DNA of 64,000 bases from Emiliania huxleyi CCMP1516. Taxonomy: Eukaryota. Numbering within the stretch: position 1 is the stretch's first letter; each line of letters opens with the position of its first letter. The notes below the pieces were generated by a model that was not told the origin of the DNA, made no database searches, and worked only from the letters and a program-made list of their open reading frames with translations. The stretch covers positions 248,001-312,000 of the forward strand of contig NW_005201984.1 of assembly GCF_000372725.1 (NCBI RefSeq), written 5' to 3'. Below, piece after piece: positions 35,043 through 46,363 of the stretch. A program made the translations under genes and the position numbers.

Positions 35043-38000
35043 TTAGCCCATCTCCGCGGGACCCATCGTCAGTCCGCGAGGGCCCGCAGCTGCCAGCGCG
35101 CGAGGCTGCCGCTCGGCCCCTTGCCGCCTGGGCCGGCCTGCTGGTCGAGGTGCTGGTCGAGGTGCTGGTCGAGGTGCTGGTCGAGCAAGCCTCGCGACCC
35201 CATCACCTCGAGGAGGAGGCGCACCTGTGGGGCAACAGGAGGAGGCGCGCCTGTGGGTGAGGGAGGCGAGGTGCCGAGGGAGGCGAGGTGCCGAGGAGGC
35301 GCTCGAGGTCCGAGCCGAGGCCAAAGCATCCCTCGAGCGGTGTGCGTGCCCCGCTCGCTGGCGAGGCCGACGCTTGGTCGAGGCTGGGCCGAGGCTGGGC
35401 CGAGGTTTGAGCGCGCCCGCTCGCAGTCGAGGCCGCCCACGCGCTCCGTGAGTTGCTCGAGCGAGGCGGGGCCGCTCTCCTGCTTGCGCGGCGGTGAAGA
35501 GCTGGCCGGCGGCGCGAGAGGCAGGGCGGGCCGGGACAGCAGGGCGGGGCGGGGCAAGAGGGCAAAGTGGGGCGGGGCACGGTAGGGCAGGGGCGGGGCA
35601 GGGCGGGGCAGGGGGCAGGGGGCGGGGCGGGGAAGGGAGGGGCGACACTTTAGCGAGCGCCGCGTGCAGCGCGAGCAGCTGGGTCGCTCCGACGCCCGTG
35701 CGAAAGACGGACGGGAACTCCTGCGGGGGCATGCGGCGGCCGAGTCATGGACGCGTCGTGGACGTGCCCGAGCGGACGATGTGGGCGGGAGAGGGCCTCG
35801 AGCAGCAGCGGCGGCGCGGCGACGAGCGGAGCCGGCGGGCCAGCCTCCCCGGCGGGCGGCGGGGAGTGGTTGGGCGCGGGCGAGGCGATCATCCTCGGGA
35901 AGGAGACGCGCCTGGTCACAGCGCGAGGCGTGAAGAGACGCGCGCACGAGCCCGCCCCCTCCCTCGACCCGGGGGACCTCCCGGTGGCAGTCACGCGGGG
36001 CGAGACCGAGCGGGCAGGCTTGGAAGCGCTAGCGGGCCGGGCATGTCTGGCGGCGCTGAGCGGGGGGCGGCTGCGGCTCGGCCGAGGCGCGCTCTTCGGC
36101 GCTTCGCACGCGCGCCTAGACGGCAAGCTGGCGGCGAGTCGAGGACGCGCCCCTCCCTCTCTCTCCCCTTCGCCCTCTCCCCCGCGCGCGCCTCGCCGCC
36201 GCCGCCGCCCTCGCCGGCGTGCTGCGCAGCACGCGCGACGGCGGGGTCTGCCTGGCTGGTGGAGAAGCGGCGGGGCGTGGCCCGGTCGGCAGCCCCGTCT
36301 CCTCCTCCCACGCCGCCTCGAGGGCACCCGCCGCTGCTCCCGCGTCCTCGCCGCCCGCCTCCGCCTGGTCGACCGCCGCCTCGCCCTCTTCCGCCTGGTC
36401 GGCCTTGGCGGGCGGGCGCTTGGTCGAGCGGGGCGGCGAGCGGATCACGGGAGTCGCCTCGCTCGAGCAGGCGCTGCTCGAGCGCGACCTGCGGTGCGGG
36501 CGAGGAGTGCGGCCGTGGAGAGGCGTCGGGAGGCGGCTCGCCCCAGCCCCAATCCCCAGGCCGCGCCTTGCGCCCGAGTGCGTCATCGCGCGCGAGAGGC
36601 GGCGGATGCTGAGGGGCGGCGTGCGCGCGAAGCCTGCGGACGTGTCAGCGGGACGTGTCAGCGGGACGTGTCAGCGGGACATGTCAGCGGGGCGTGTCAG
36701 CGGGACGTGTCAGCGGGACGTGTCAGCGGGACATGTACATGTCAGCGGGGCGTGTCAGCGGGACGAGTGAGGGCGAGGTGGGACGGGAGAGGGGCGAGCA
36801 GGGCGGGGTGAGAGGAGCGGGGTGGGCGAGGGGCGGAGGTGGGCGTCTCGCGCCCGGCGTGAGGAGCAGGTCGCTCTCCGCGCTCAAGCGGCCGGCGGAG
36901 GGACCTATCCAAAAGGCTGCGAAGAGCGTCATGGCGAGGTCCACTGCAGGCGCTGGAGGGGTCGGCGGCGGCGCCGGCGGAGGAGGGCTGAGCGGCGCGG
37001 CGGATGGAGCGCGGTGGCGAGCCTGTTCACGCCCGGCGGCGTGAGTGGACGCCCCTCCACGACTCGGGCTGCAGCTGCGGCGAGCCGAGGTTCGGCGTGC
37101 TCTCCGACGAAGCCGAGGAGAGGGGCGCGGCGAGAGGCGTGTCTCCGACCCCGCCGGCGCCCCTCCGGCCGCCGACCGCGAGCCTCCGCGTCGAGCGGGG
37201 CGGGGACGTCTCCATGGTCGGAGTGTCCATCGACCGGCGGCCTCCTCCTCCGCCGCCTCCGCCTCCGCCTTCTCCTCCTCCGCCACCGGCCGGGGTCGTG
37301 TGTGGTGCAGCGGCGGGGTGGGCCGCCGAGGGCGGGGGCGCGCCTTCGTGCGCCGCCTCCTCCTCCGCAACGAGCGGCGTCGTCGGGGCGAGTGGCGGTT
37401 CGGCTGCCGCCTCCGCCCGCTCCTCCGATGCCTGCTCCTCTGGGCCATCGCCGCCGTCGCCGCCGTCGCCAACCTCCGCCGCCGCCGGCTCAGCCGCTGT
37501 GGCCGCGCTCGGGAGCGGCTGTGGCTCGACGTCCACGGCGGGCGGCGGCTCAGCCTCGCCCGCGCACGCATCAGTCGCATCCGCTCGCGGCGCCTCGCCG
37601 GGTGGGTGGGATGCGGACGGTGTGGTTGTGGTGTCCGGCTTGAGACGGGTGCTTCTGCGCCGCGGCGGCTGCTCGAGGATGCTCTCGCGCCGCCGGCCGG
37701 GCGTCTTTGGCCTTGGCGGCGGCGCGACGGCCTTGGGGGCGGGCTTGCGCATGCACGGCATCTGCGCCAGCGGCGGCTGGCCTGCCCGCGGCCGGCGGCT
37801 TGTCGGAGGGCCGGCGGCGTTGCGGGGCGGTGGCGCCGGAATGGAAGACTGTCGCCGGCCGCGAGTGTTTGCAGCGGGGCCACTTCGCAGCGTGGCAGCG
37901 TGCTGGCGCGCTGCGAGCAGCCACGTTGCCTGCGGCAGGGTGGGTGGGCCCGTGAGAGACGGCCGCCGGTCCGGACGAAAGCGGCGCACGAGGCGCACCA

Positions 38001-38118
38001 GCTCGTCGAATTCGGGCAGCCCGAGCAGCGACTGGCCGAGAGCTCCGTCCGGCGTCGCCCCGTGCAGCAGGTCGCACAAACTCGCGGCGGAGGATTGGAA
38101 TCGGTGGATCATGCTCAT
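35043..38118 (-). CDS. Large low-complexity hypothetical protein, multi-exon
   Basis: Spliceable ORFs 37027-38199, ~36790-37020, 36116-36620, 35650-36120 and 35043-35500, separated by repeat-rich introns. No family recognised. Confidence 0.4.
36641..36764. repeat. 13-bp intronic tandem repeat (GTGTCAGCGGGAC)n
   Basis: About 9 copies visible. Confidence 0.95.
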
Positions 38119-38897
38119 GGGCGGCAGGTGGGGTTGGGGTTCAAGAAGAGCGAGAAAAAGAATTCCGGTCGGTGCGGACGCCCAGCCAGGTCGCTGCACG
38201 CGGGGGCGACAGTGATGCCATCCGGGGCTGCGAGTCCAGCGAGGGCAAATAGAGCAGCGCCATTCAGAGCGCCGTGGCCAGGCCGTGGCCCCGTTGTTAG
38301 ATCAGAGAGAGATTTTCAATACCAAACAACTCTAACACGCACACGTCATTTGGGGCCTGGAGCCCTGTTCACGCGCGCGCGAGGCGTGCAGACAGGGTTG
38401 CCAGGTGAGAGCGAATGGCGCGGTTCACGCCTCGCACAACAGAGAGAGAGATGCGCTCTGCATGCTCACTGCATGGTGGGACATAAAAGAGAGCGAGTAC
38501 TTGGGCGAGTAGGCTGTGCGGTCAGCCGTTTAACGTTTGTGTTGTTTCGCTCTGCGAAACCCGGCGGCCAAGCCAGATCTTTTCTTTTTTTATCCCGGCG
38601 AGCTGAGCAGTTGCAGGCGGAGGCGCGTTTTAAGTATCTACCCACGGTGCCGGTGGCCAGGCCTGCACGCCTGGGGCGGCTGGCGCGGGGTCGGGGCCGG
38701 TCTGTGTCTGCCGTCGGAACAGCACAGCAGGAGCTGTGTGGAACAACTAGGTCAAAAAGCACAAAGGCTCAAAGCTGCCCCAAAACACTGCCTGATCTTA
38801 GCTCGATAACCCTACTCGCAACAGACTCCCCCTTCTTCCCTCGCCGAACTTCCCTTCACACATCACAGTCGTGCGGTAAGAACATTCGTTGGTACTC

Positions 38898-39883
38898 TCA
38901 CACGCGCGCCCCCTCCTTCACCACGCCCAGCTCCTGGAGCGCCGCCGTGTGCAGCGGCAGCGGGTCGGGCCGCCCCTCCGCGAGTGCCCGCTGGCTGATC
39001 TTGTGGAACCAGCCGTTGCGCCACTCAAACTCCTTGACTGCCGTCGGGAAGTGCGCCACCGACCGGCCGTATGCGGCGAGCCGCTCGAAGGCGCCGGGCT
39101 CCAGCCGCACGCCCAGCGCCGCCTCGCCCGCCGCGCAGAGCTCGTCGACCAGCGCTCTGAGCTGGCTGGCGTGCGCGCTCTCCACCTGAGCGAGGGATAG
39201 GCCCGGCGCGGTTTCCGCGCGGCGCGGCTGGAGCCAGAGGCAGTGGCGTGTCTCACAGCGCTCACCTCGCCGACCGTGACTCCTCCGTGCAGCGCGCCCG
39301 TCACCATGAAGGCGCAGATCCACACGTGCTTCTCGAGCATCGCCTTGGTGTACTCGTCGCCCTGCTTGACGTGGCAAGTCAGCCCGCCGCCGGCGAGCCG
39401 CGCCCGGAACGCCTCGGCCCATCGCCCCTTCGCTGTGGTGAGGCCGTCCGGGTTGGTGTCGGTGATGCCGTCGATGGGAGGCTCTCCCAGCTTGGCGACT
39501 GCGAGGTACAGCAGTACCTGCGTTGCGTCGGGTAGCCCCTGCTCCTCGAGGAACTCGCCGAGCATGCCGTTCTGCAGGAAGACCAGATCCTGCCGCCGCT
39601 CCGGTGGCGTGGCCGCCACCACGCCAGCGAGGTCGTCGTTGCGCGTCGTCACGTAGATTGGACCGGAGGCGGGTGCGGCTGGGAAGGCGTCGCCTCGCCG
39701 CAGCACAACGTCTCCCTCGACGCCGAGCTCCTTGAGCGCCGAGCCGATCCTGCCACCTCCGACGATGATCGAGGGCACGTCCCCGCCGGCCATGCGAGCG
39801 CCGCGGCCGGCACGCGGCGCGGCCGGCGACGGCGCAGAGCCAGCGAGGAGTGACAGTGCAGGCGGCAGCAGCAGGGCGAACAT
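38898..39883 (-). CDS. Conserved algal/plant protein (At1g16080-like, ketopantoate-reductase-like Rossmann fold), 2 exons
   Basis: IVGGGRIG, GPIYVTTRNDDL, DLVFLQNGML, MLEKHVWICAFM and VKEFEWRNGWF...PDPLPLHT. Signal/transit-like N-terminus. Confidence 0.8.
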
Positions 39884-40220
39884 TCTGCTCCTATGGCTGC
39901 CGCGGGGCGGGAATTTCTCTTTTCGATCCCAGCCACCGACCGTCGCTCGTGCCACCGTCGCTCGTAGAGCGCGTCTCGATGGCGCCATAGCGTCGAACAC
40001 CCTCCCGCGGTCGTGAGGCAGGGGGCGGGGTCAGAGCCGAGAGGAGCGTGAATGGGAGAAGGACAGCGTCCCCATCTGCACGAGCAGGATCTTGGATACT
40101 GACTCATATGCGAAAAAATTGTTCTTGGGGCACAGGAGATCGCAGATCCGCGACAGCGAGTCGCAGTCGCAGAGAGTCGGACCGGGACCGCGATCGGACC
40201 GGGACCGCGACAGCGATCGC

Positions 40221-41094
40221 ATGCTGCCTGCGCTTCTTCTGTCTGTCTCCTTCAGCAGCGGCCTCCGCCCCGCGTCGCGAGCCGGCTCGTGTCGAGCGGC
40301 CGCAGTCTGCCAGGACTCGAGCGAGATCTCCGTGCTGCAGCAGATGTCGGCCGCGTTCTGGGAGGGCAAGCGGGCGCAGCTGCGGGCCGAGTCCGAGGCG
40401 CGGCTGCGCGAGATGGACGAGTTCGTCGCGCGCGAGCAGGCGCTCGCCGGCGCGGCGCTCGGGGCGGGCGCTCCCTCCTCGGCCGGCTCCCTCGAGGCCG
40501 AGCAGCTCAAGATTGACCTGGCGGCCGAGCGGGAGCGCGTGCGCCAGCTCGAGCTCGCGCTTGCGCAGCAGCAAGTCGACTCGGAGCACGCGCTGCAGCA
40601 AGTGTCGGCCTACTGGGTCGCGAAGCTCGACGACGCGCGCGCCCAGCTGCCTCCCGCCGCCACGACCGCCGGCCAGCCTGGCAGCGCCGCGCCCGCCGAG
40701 GCTGCGCCCGCCGTGCTGGACCTGGTGCCGCAGAGCCTGCCGGAGGTGCGCGAGGACATGACGCTGCGAGAGCTGCGTGCCCATCTGCTGAGCTACGGCC
40801 TCTCCACCACCGGCCTCAAGTCGGAGCTGCGCGCGCGCCTCCAGCGGGCGCCGCCCAGCAACAGCCCCGCCGCCCTGTCCTCTGCCCCGGCCCTGACTCC
40901 AGCTCTCAAGGCTGTCGGCCGTCGAGCCTGTGGCATTGCAACACGCGCGCGGGCGGACGGACGAGGCGCCCCCGCCCGCGCACACCGACCGCCCCTTCCC
41001 CCTCCCGCCTGCGCGGCAGGCCATGATGGACGACCGGCTCAAGCACCTCGCCTGGGACCCGGAGACCCTCTCGTGGGCCGCCCCGGCCGCCTGA
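40221..41094 (+). CDS. Coiled-coil + SAP domain protein with signal/transit-like peptide, 2 exons
   Basis: MTLRELRAHLLSYGLSTTGLKSELRARL (SAP). Last exon AMMDDRLKHLAWDPETLSWAAPAA*. Confidence 0.75.
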
Positions 41095-41445
41095 GGCCGC
41101 GCCCTCCCTCGCCGCCTCCTGCCGCCTCCTGCCGCTCGGGGCTGCGCGTGCCCGCGGAAGCCGCCGGTCTGTCCCGGCTCCGCGTCGCAGACGCGTTTCT
41201 CTCCCCGGGCGCTGCTGCGCGGGCACAAGGGCGGCACTGCATGCGTTGGCGCAGAGGAAACGATTCCGGTCTTCCGCTCGCCCTCTCGTATTTGGCTTAT
41301 ACTAGAGCGTATTAACTACGTGACTTAGTGAAAGTAGAAAGATCTTATTTCTCTCTTCGTTCCCCCCCCCGATGGTTCCCCTTTTCCGCCTTCGAGGCTC
41401 TCGAGCCGAAGAAACAAATGGGCCACAACGGTCCCATTCGCCCAG

Positions 41446-42318
41446 AAAGAAAGAAAGAAAACAGACAACCCAAGGGAGGGATGGGAGGTCGCCACGCCGC
41501 CACAACACAAGAAAGAAAGAAAGAAACCGGACACCCCGAGCCATTAAAAAAGAAAGAAAGAAGACAGACAAACCCAAACGTGAAACGAGGGATGGGGGAG
41601 GAGACAGGGACCACACCACACCTGCACGAGCAGGATTTTGAAAGGACGATCAGGGGCACAGCGCACAGCGGCTGACCGCACAGGTGGGGCTCTCCTGGTC
41701 CTGCTCCTGACAAGGGACACGAGTCACGACAGGCTCGGCGCTCGCAGCGCGGTGCCAGGTGCACGGTGGACTCCCAACTCCACTGGCGGTCTCATCTCAG
41801 TCTAGCGACCTGCCTCCAGCTTCTCACTGGCAGTCTCTCGCAACCACAGGCACACTGAGTGAAAGAAAGAAAGAAAACAGACACGCCAAGGGAGGGATGG
41901 GAGGACGGCACGCCGCCACCACACAGGGATTTTAAAGAAAGAAAGAAAGAAAACGGACAACCCAAGGGAGGGATTTTAAAAGAAAGAAAGAAAGAAAACA
42001 CACAACCCAAGGGAGGGATGGGAGAACGGCACGCCGCCACCACACAGGGATTTTAAGGAGAGGAGTGTGGTGCGCTAGCCGTCGCCCACCCTGGGGAGTC
42101 TGCCTCTTCGTATCTCTTTTCGCAGTCTCAGGGATTTTAAAGAAAAGAAAGAAAACAGACAACCCAAGGGAGGGATGGGAGGACGGCACGCCGCCACCAC
42201 ACAGGGATTTCAAGGAGAGGTGTGTGGTGCGCTATCCGTCGCCCACCCTAGGGAGTCTGCCTCTTCCTATCTCTCTTCGCAGTCTCTCGCCGATTCTCGC
42301 TGCAACCTTCATGCCAAA
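41446..42318 (-). mobile_element. Nested cluster of retroposon 3' ends (families A and B)
   Basis: At least 7 (GAAA)n-tailed units. 41863-42318 is flanked by TSD CACACTGAGTGA (41851-41862/42319-42330). Internal units are delimited by repeated AGGGATTTTAA. Confidence 0.9.
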
Positions 42319-42452
42319 CACACTGAGTGAGCGCAGACTGGAATTCTTTTACTGAGTACCAAAAGCTCACCAAAACGCGGCCGCCGTACCTTGGCTCCAG
42401 CCCAAAAAACCTCTGAGTGTCGGAACCGCCTGATCGCTGCAGTCGCCTCAGG

Positions 42453-45400
42453 ATGTCAGAGCGCTGCTTCACCGCGCCTGATCTCCACAAGATCGGCGTA
42501 CTGATGCCACTGACTGACAACGGCGACCCTCAGCACTGGAAGGCGATGGCCTGCGCCGCACTGCTCGCCGTCGCCCACTTCAACGCTCGCGACGGCAGCG
42601 TGGTGCCGGCCTTCTCACAATCTTCCGGCGTCTCGAGCCTCGCTTTCAACCTCTCCGCCCGACTATACGACACCGCCTACACACCAAACGGTGCTGTCGA
42701 GGCTTTCCGAGTGGCGCAGGATGCGGGAAGCGCCGGGCTCGTCGGTCCGTACCGCTCTGCAAGCAGCATCTCCCTATATCCGCGCGGCGACTTCCTCGAC
42801 CTACCGCTCGTGTCGTACGGCTCCACGTCCGTTGTCCTCTCAAACAAGCCCGCCTTCTCCCGCACCGTCCCGACTGACGAGGACTCTGCGGCGGTTGTGG
42901 TGAGCGCGATTGGCGGCTTCGGCTGGCGAAACTTCAACATCGTTCACGTCAATGACGCCTGGGGTAGTCCGTACGCGCAGCTCATCGCGGCGCGCGCAGC
43001 AGCCTGCGGCCTCAACCCGCCTCTAAAGATCAAGTTCGAATATGATGACGAGCAATCTGCGCGTGAAGCTGTCCGGACGCTCAGCAAGCAGCCGCAAACC
43101 ATCGTCGTGCTTCTCGCCTTTGTCAACGACCTGCCCGGTATATTCAACGAGGCGGACGCTCTTGGCCTGTTGAGCGGCTCGCACGCCTGGATCGGCTCCC
43201 GCTCCTTCTCGCCCGCCTCGGTCAATGCTCTGGTCGACGCCGGCCGGATCTCCAACACCACACGAGACAAGCTCGAGGGGATGCTGCAGGCAGGCCACGC
43301 GCCAAACACCGAGAGCTTCGGGCTCTTCAAGCAGTCCTTCGCCCGCCTCTCCCCAAAGGAGTGCGAGGCGCAATCTAGCCGAGATAGAGTCGAGATATAG
43401 CCGAGGTGTGCCGAGAGGTAGCCGAGGATATACGAGAGAGAGCCGAGATCGCTTCACCCTTCTCTCCCAGACGCAGTGGCGAGGGGATTGGGTGCTGGCC
43501 GCCTCTCTCACGCCTGTATCCGCGGACAGGCGATGGACCCGCAGCTCGGCGGGATGGAGCCCTCCACCTTTGCAGACCCGCCTGAAAACACGGCCTACGC
43601 CTTCGATGCCACCGCCACCGTCGCGCTTGCTCTGAGGGAGCAGAGGGAAGGCAACCTCACCTCCGCCAACCTCTCCACCGCAGAGCTGCTGAGGCGCGTC
43701 TCATTTGAGGGCGCGAGCGGCGCAGTCTCCTTCGGCGGGGAGGGGCACGGGGCGGGAGACCGCAATGTCGCGTCGCTATCGAGCGAGCTGCGCTCGTGGC
43801 GGCAGGAGGACGGGGCGGGCGAGCTCGACTACGTCCCGCTCCCGCTCGAGGCTGGCGCAAACCCGTGCTTCGCGACTCTGTCGCCCGAGGCGGCCGCGGG
43901 CATGGTCTGGCTTGGCGGAGGGTCGACACCGCCTCGCGACGCCATCCTCGTGGCGGAAGAGGAGGAGCGGAGGCGGCGCGACGAGGCGCAGGCACTGGTG
44001 TGGAAGCTCTGCGTCGGTGTCGGCGTGCCGGGCCTGCTCCTCCTCGCGTGCGGCGTGGCGCTGCTCTTCTACTCCTTTCGGCTGCAGAGCCGGAGGAAGC
44101 AGCTGCTGTGGCGCCACAGCCGACTGCCCCTCCGCTTCTCGCACACCGCGCCCGGCGGCAAGTGCCTCCTCCTCTAACGCCCTCCGCGTCGGTGCGAGGC
44201 GCCACTCTCTCTCAGCAGCTCTGCCTGTGAGCAGGTACCACCTCTTCTCTTCTCTTCTCTTCTCTTCTCTTCTCTTCTCTTCTCACCAGCTCTGCCTGTG
44301 AGCAGGTACCATCTCTTCCTCTCGCACACGTGGCTGAGCGGCCAGGACCAGGCGCTGCACCGTGGCCCAGCGGCGGCCGTGCAGCACGCGGGTCCCTCGA
44401 CGCGCCTCCTGCCCCCTCTGCCACGCCAGGTGCACCTGATCAAGCGGCGGCTGAGCACGCTCGCACCCGGCATGGACATCTTCCTCGACGTCGACAACCT
44501 GCAGGAGTTCGGCAGCCTCGCCGACGAGGTCGCCGCGTCCGACGTGGTCCTCCTCTTCCTCTCGCGCGGCTACTTCGCCTCAAAGGCGTGATGCGAGTAG
44601 AGGAGGCTCATGTCTCGGCCCCCCTCGGCCCCTCTCGGCTCCTCTCGGCTCCTCTCGACCCTCCCTCTCTCCCAGGCGTGCGCCATCGAGTACGAGGCGG
44701 CCGTCCGACTCGGAAAGCCGCTCATACTCGTCCACGAGGCGAACGAGAACAAGGGCGCGGCCTGCCGCTGCAGCGTGCGAGGGCAACCGTGACACGACTG
44801 TCTGACCGCATGCCGTGGCTGCATTAGGCGGCCTGCCGCTGCAGCAGGCGAGGCGCGACTGCCCCGAGGCGATCCGCGACGAAATCTTTGGAACGAGCCG
44901 ACCGGTCGTGTCGTGGCAGCGCTCCGACGCCTTCCAGCAGGTCGCGCTCAAGCGCATCGTCGCCGAGGCCCTCCTCGCGTCCGCCTGCGCTGCCCGGCCA
45001 TCGATTCGTTGAGTAACAGTTTACAACCAATAGGTGCTCGTCGCGTGCGGCTGCGACCTCCCGCGCTCTGACTTGCGTGTCGCTCGCCGCAGCTCCGACG
45101 ACGCCACAGCCACCCCCCTCGCGTCACTCCGCAGCACTCCGCATGCAGCACGCCGCAGCACGCCGCACGACGCAGCGGCCGAAGCCACAGCCGTTTCTCG
45201 CTCCGCCGCGTCCCCCTCCGCCGCTCCCTCCGCTGCCTCCGGCCCTGCTCGCATCGAGGAGGAGGAGGTGGAGAGCGGGGCGCTTGGAGGCCGTGGAGGC
45301 GTTGTGGCGATCGGCACGCTCCTCGGCGTCTCCTCTGCTGGCGCCGGCAGTGGCGCCGCCGCCTCGAGGGCGGACGCGGGGAGCGTGACAGCCAGTGGTA

Positions 45401-46363
45401 TCGTTGATCATCGGTCATTAGGCGCCTCCTCTGCTGGCGCCGGGCGCCGCTCTCTCCCTGCACCCAAAGAGACGCGTCCCGTGCCCGGCAGTGGCGGCGG
45501 TGCCTCGAGGTGGACGAGGGGGCTGTGGCACAGCAGCCGCGCCTCGGGCGAGGAGGCCGCGGCGGGTGGCAGGCTCGGCGGAGGGAAGGGCGGGCGGGGC
45601 GGCATCTCAGGCATCTCGTTGGGGAGCGACGCGCTGTACTTGCACACGGAGGCGCGGCTGGCGGCGAGGCTGCAGGGCGGGCGGCTCGTCCTCGCTTTCT
45701 CGCGCCACAACCCGGGCGCGCGCGAGATCGCGCTCGAGGTCGCGTCGCTGGTGGCTGGCTGCAGCGCCGCGGAGTGGCCTCTGGCTGGACCTCTGGACGG
45801 GCGGGTGGTGCCGCTCTTGCTGCTCGACGCGACGACGTTTGGCGGAGACTGCGGCGAGGACCTCGCCGACGACGTGCGGCAGTGGTGCGCGCAGGTCGCC
45901 GCGTCGCGCGAGCCGCCGCAGGAGGAGTGCAGCGCCGTCGCCCTCCGCCCCTCCTTCTCCAGCTCGCTGGGCGGCTCGTCGCGCAGGAGCGGCGGCGGGC
46001 GCGCCGCGTCGCCGAAGCGGCGCAACTCGCTCTCGCGCCGCCCCTCCCTCTCGCGCTTGCCGAGCCTCTCCTGCGCCCGCGGGCCGGTCGAGCCGCCCCT
46101 CCTCCTCCACGCCGCCCTCGCCGAGGAGACTCGCGGCTGCCCCGTCAGGAGAGGCATCCCACGAGCTGCTCACCAGCTAAAAATCGCTGTTATAGGAGGG
46201 CGGCTGCCCCTTCGAGGAGGTGATGCAGCGCACGCCGACCGACCTCGTGCACGCGTCCCTCTTCACGCAGATCGCGCTGCCGTGGTTCGAGCAGCCCGAC
46301 TTCAGAAAGGCGGCGCTGGTCGCGCTCTCGCAGGAGCTCGACCAGCGAAGCCTCGCCGCCTGA
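42453..46363 (+). CDS. Single-pass receptor: ANF-receptor/Venus-flytrap ectodomain - TM - TIR - degenerate TIR-like domain, multi-exon
   Basis: KIGVLMP, LVGPYRSAS, LPLVSYGSTSVVLSNK, FSRTVPTD, FGWRNF, NDAWG, AYAFDA, VSFEGASGAVSF. TM LVWKLCVGVGVPGLLLLACGVALLFYSF followed by RLQSRRK. TIR YHLFLSHTW...IFLDVDNL...VLLFLSRGYFASKACAIEY...KPLILVHE. Stop TGA at 46361-46363. Confidence 0.85.

Noticed and set aside
35043..35740. Possible SKA/winged-helix-like C-terminus of the large hypothetical gene
   Set aside because: Only a vague resemblance; needs a profile search.
37045..39189. Long ORFs such as the 714-aa + strand ORF and many other Arg/Ala/Pro-rich ORFs
   Set aside because: Shadow frames of GC-rich genes on the other strand or frame, with no motifs.
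41863..42318. CRISPR-like repeat/spacer appearance
   Set aside because: The units are retroposon tails of variable length. There are no unique spacers or cas genes, and the context is eukaryotic.
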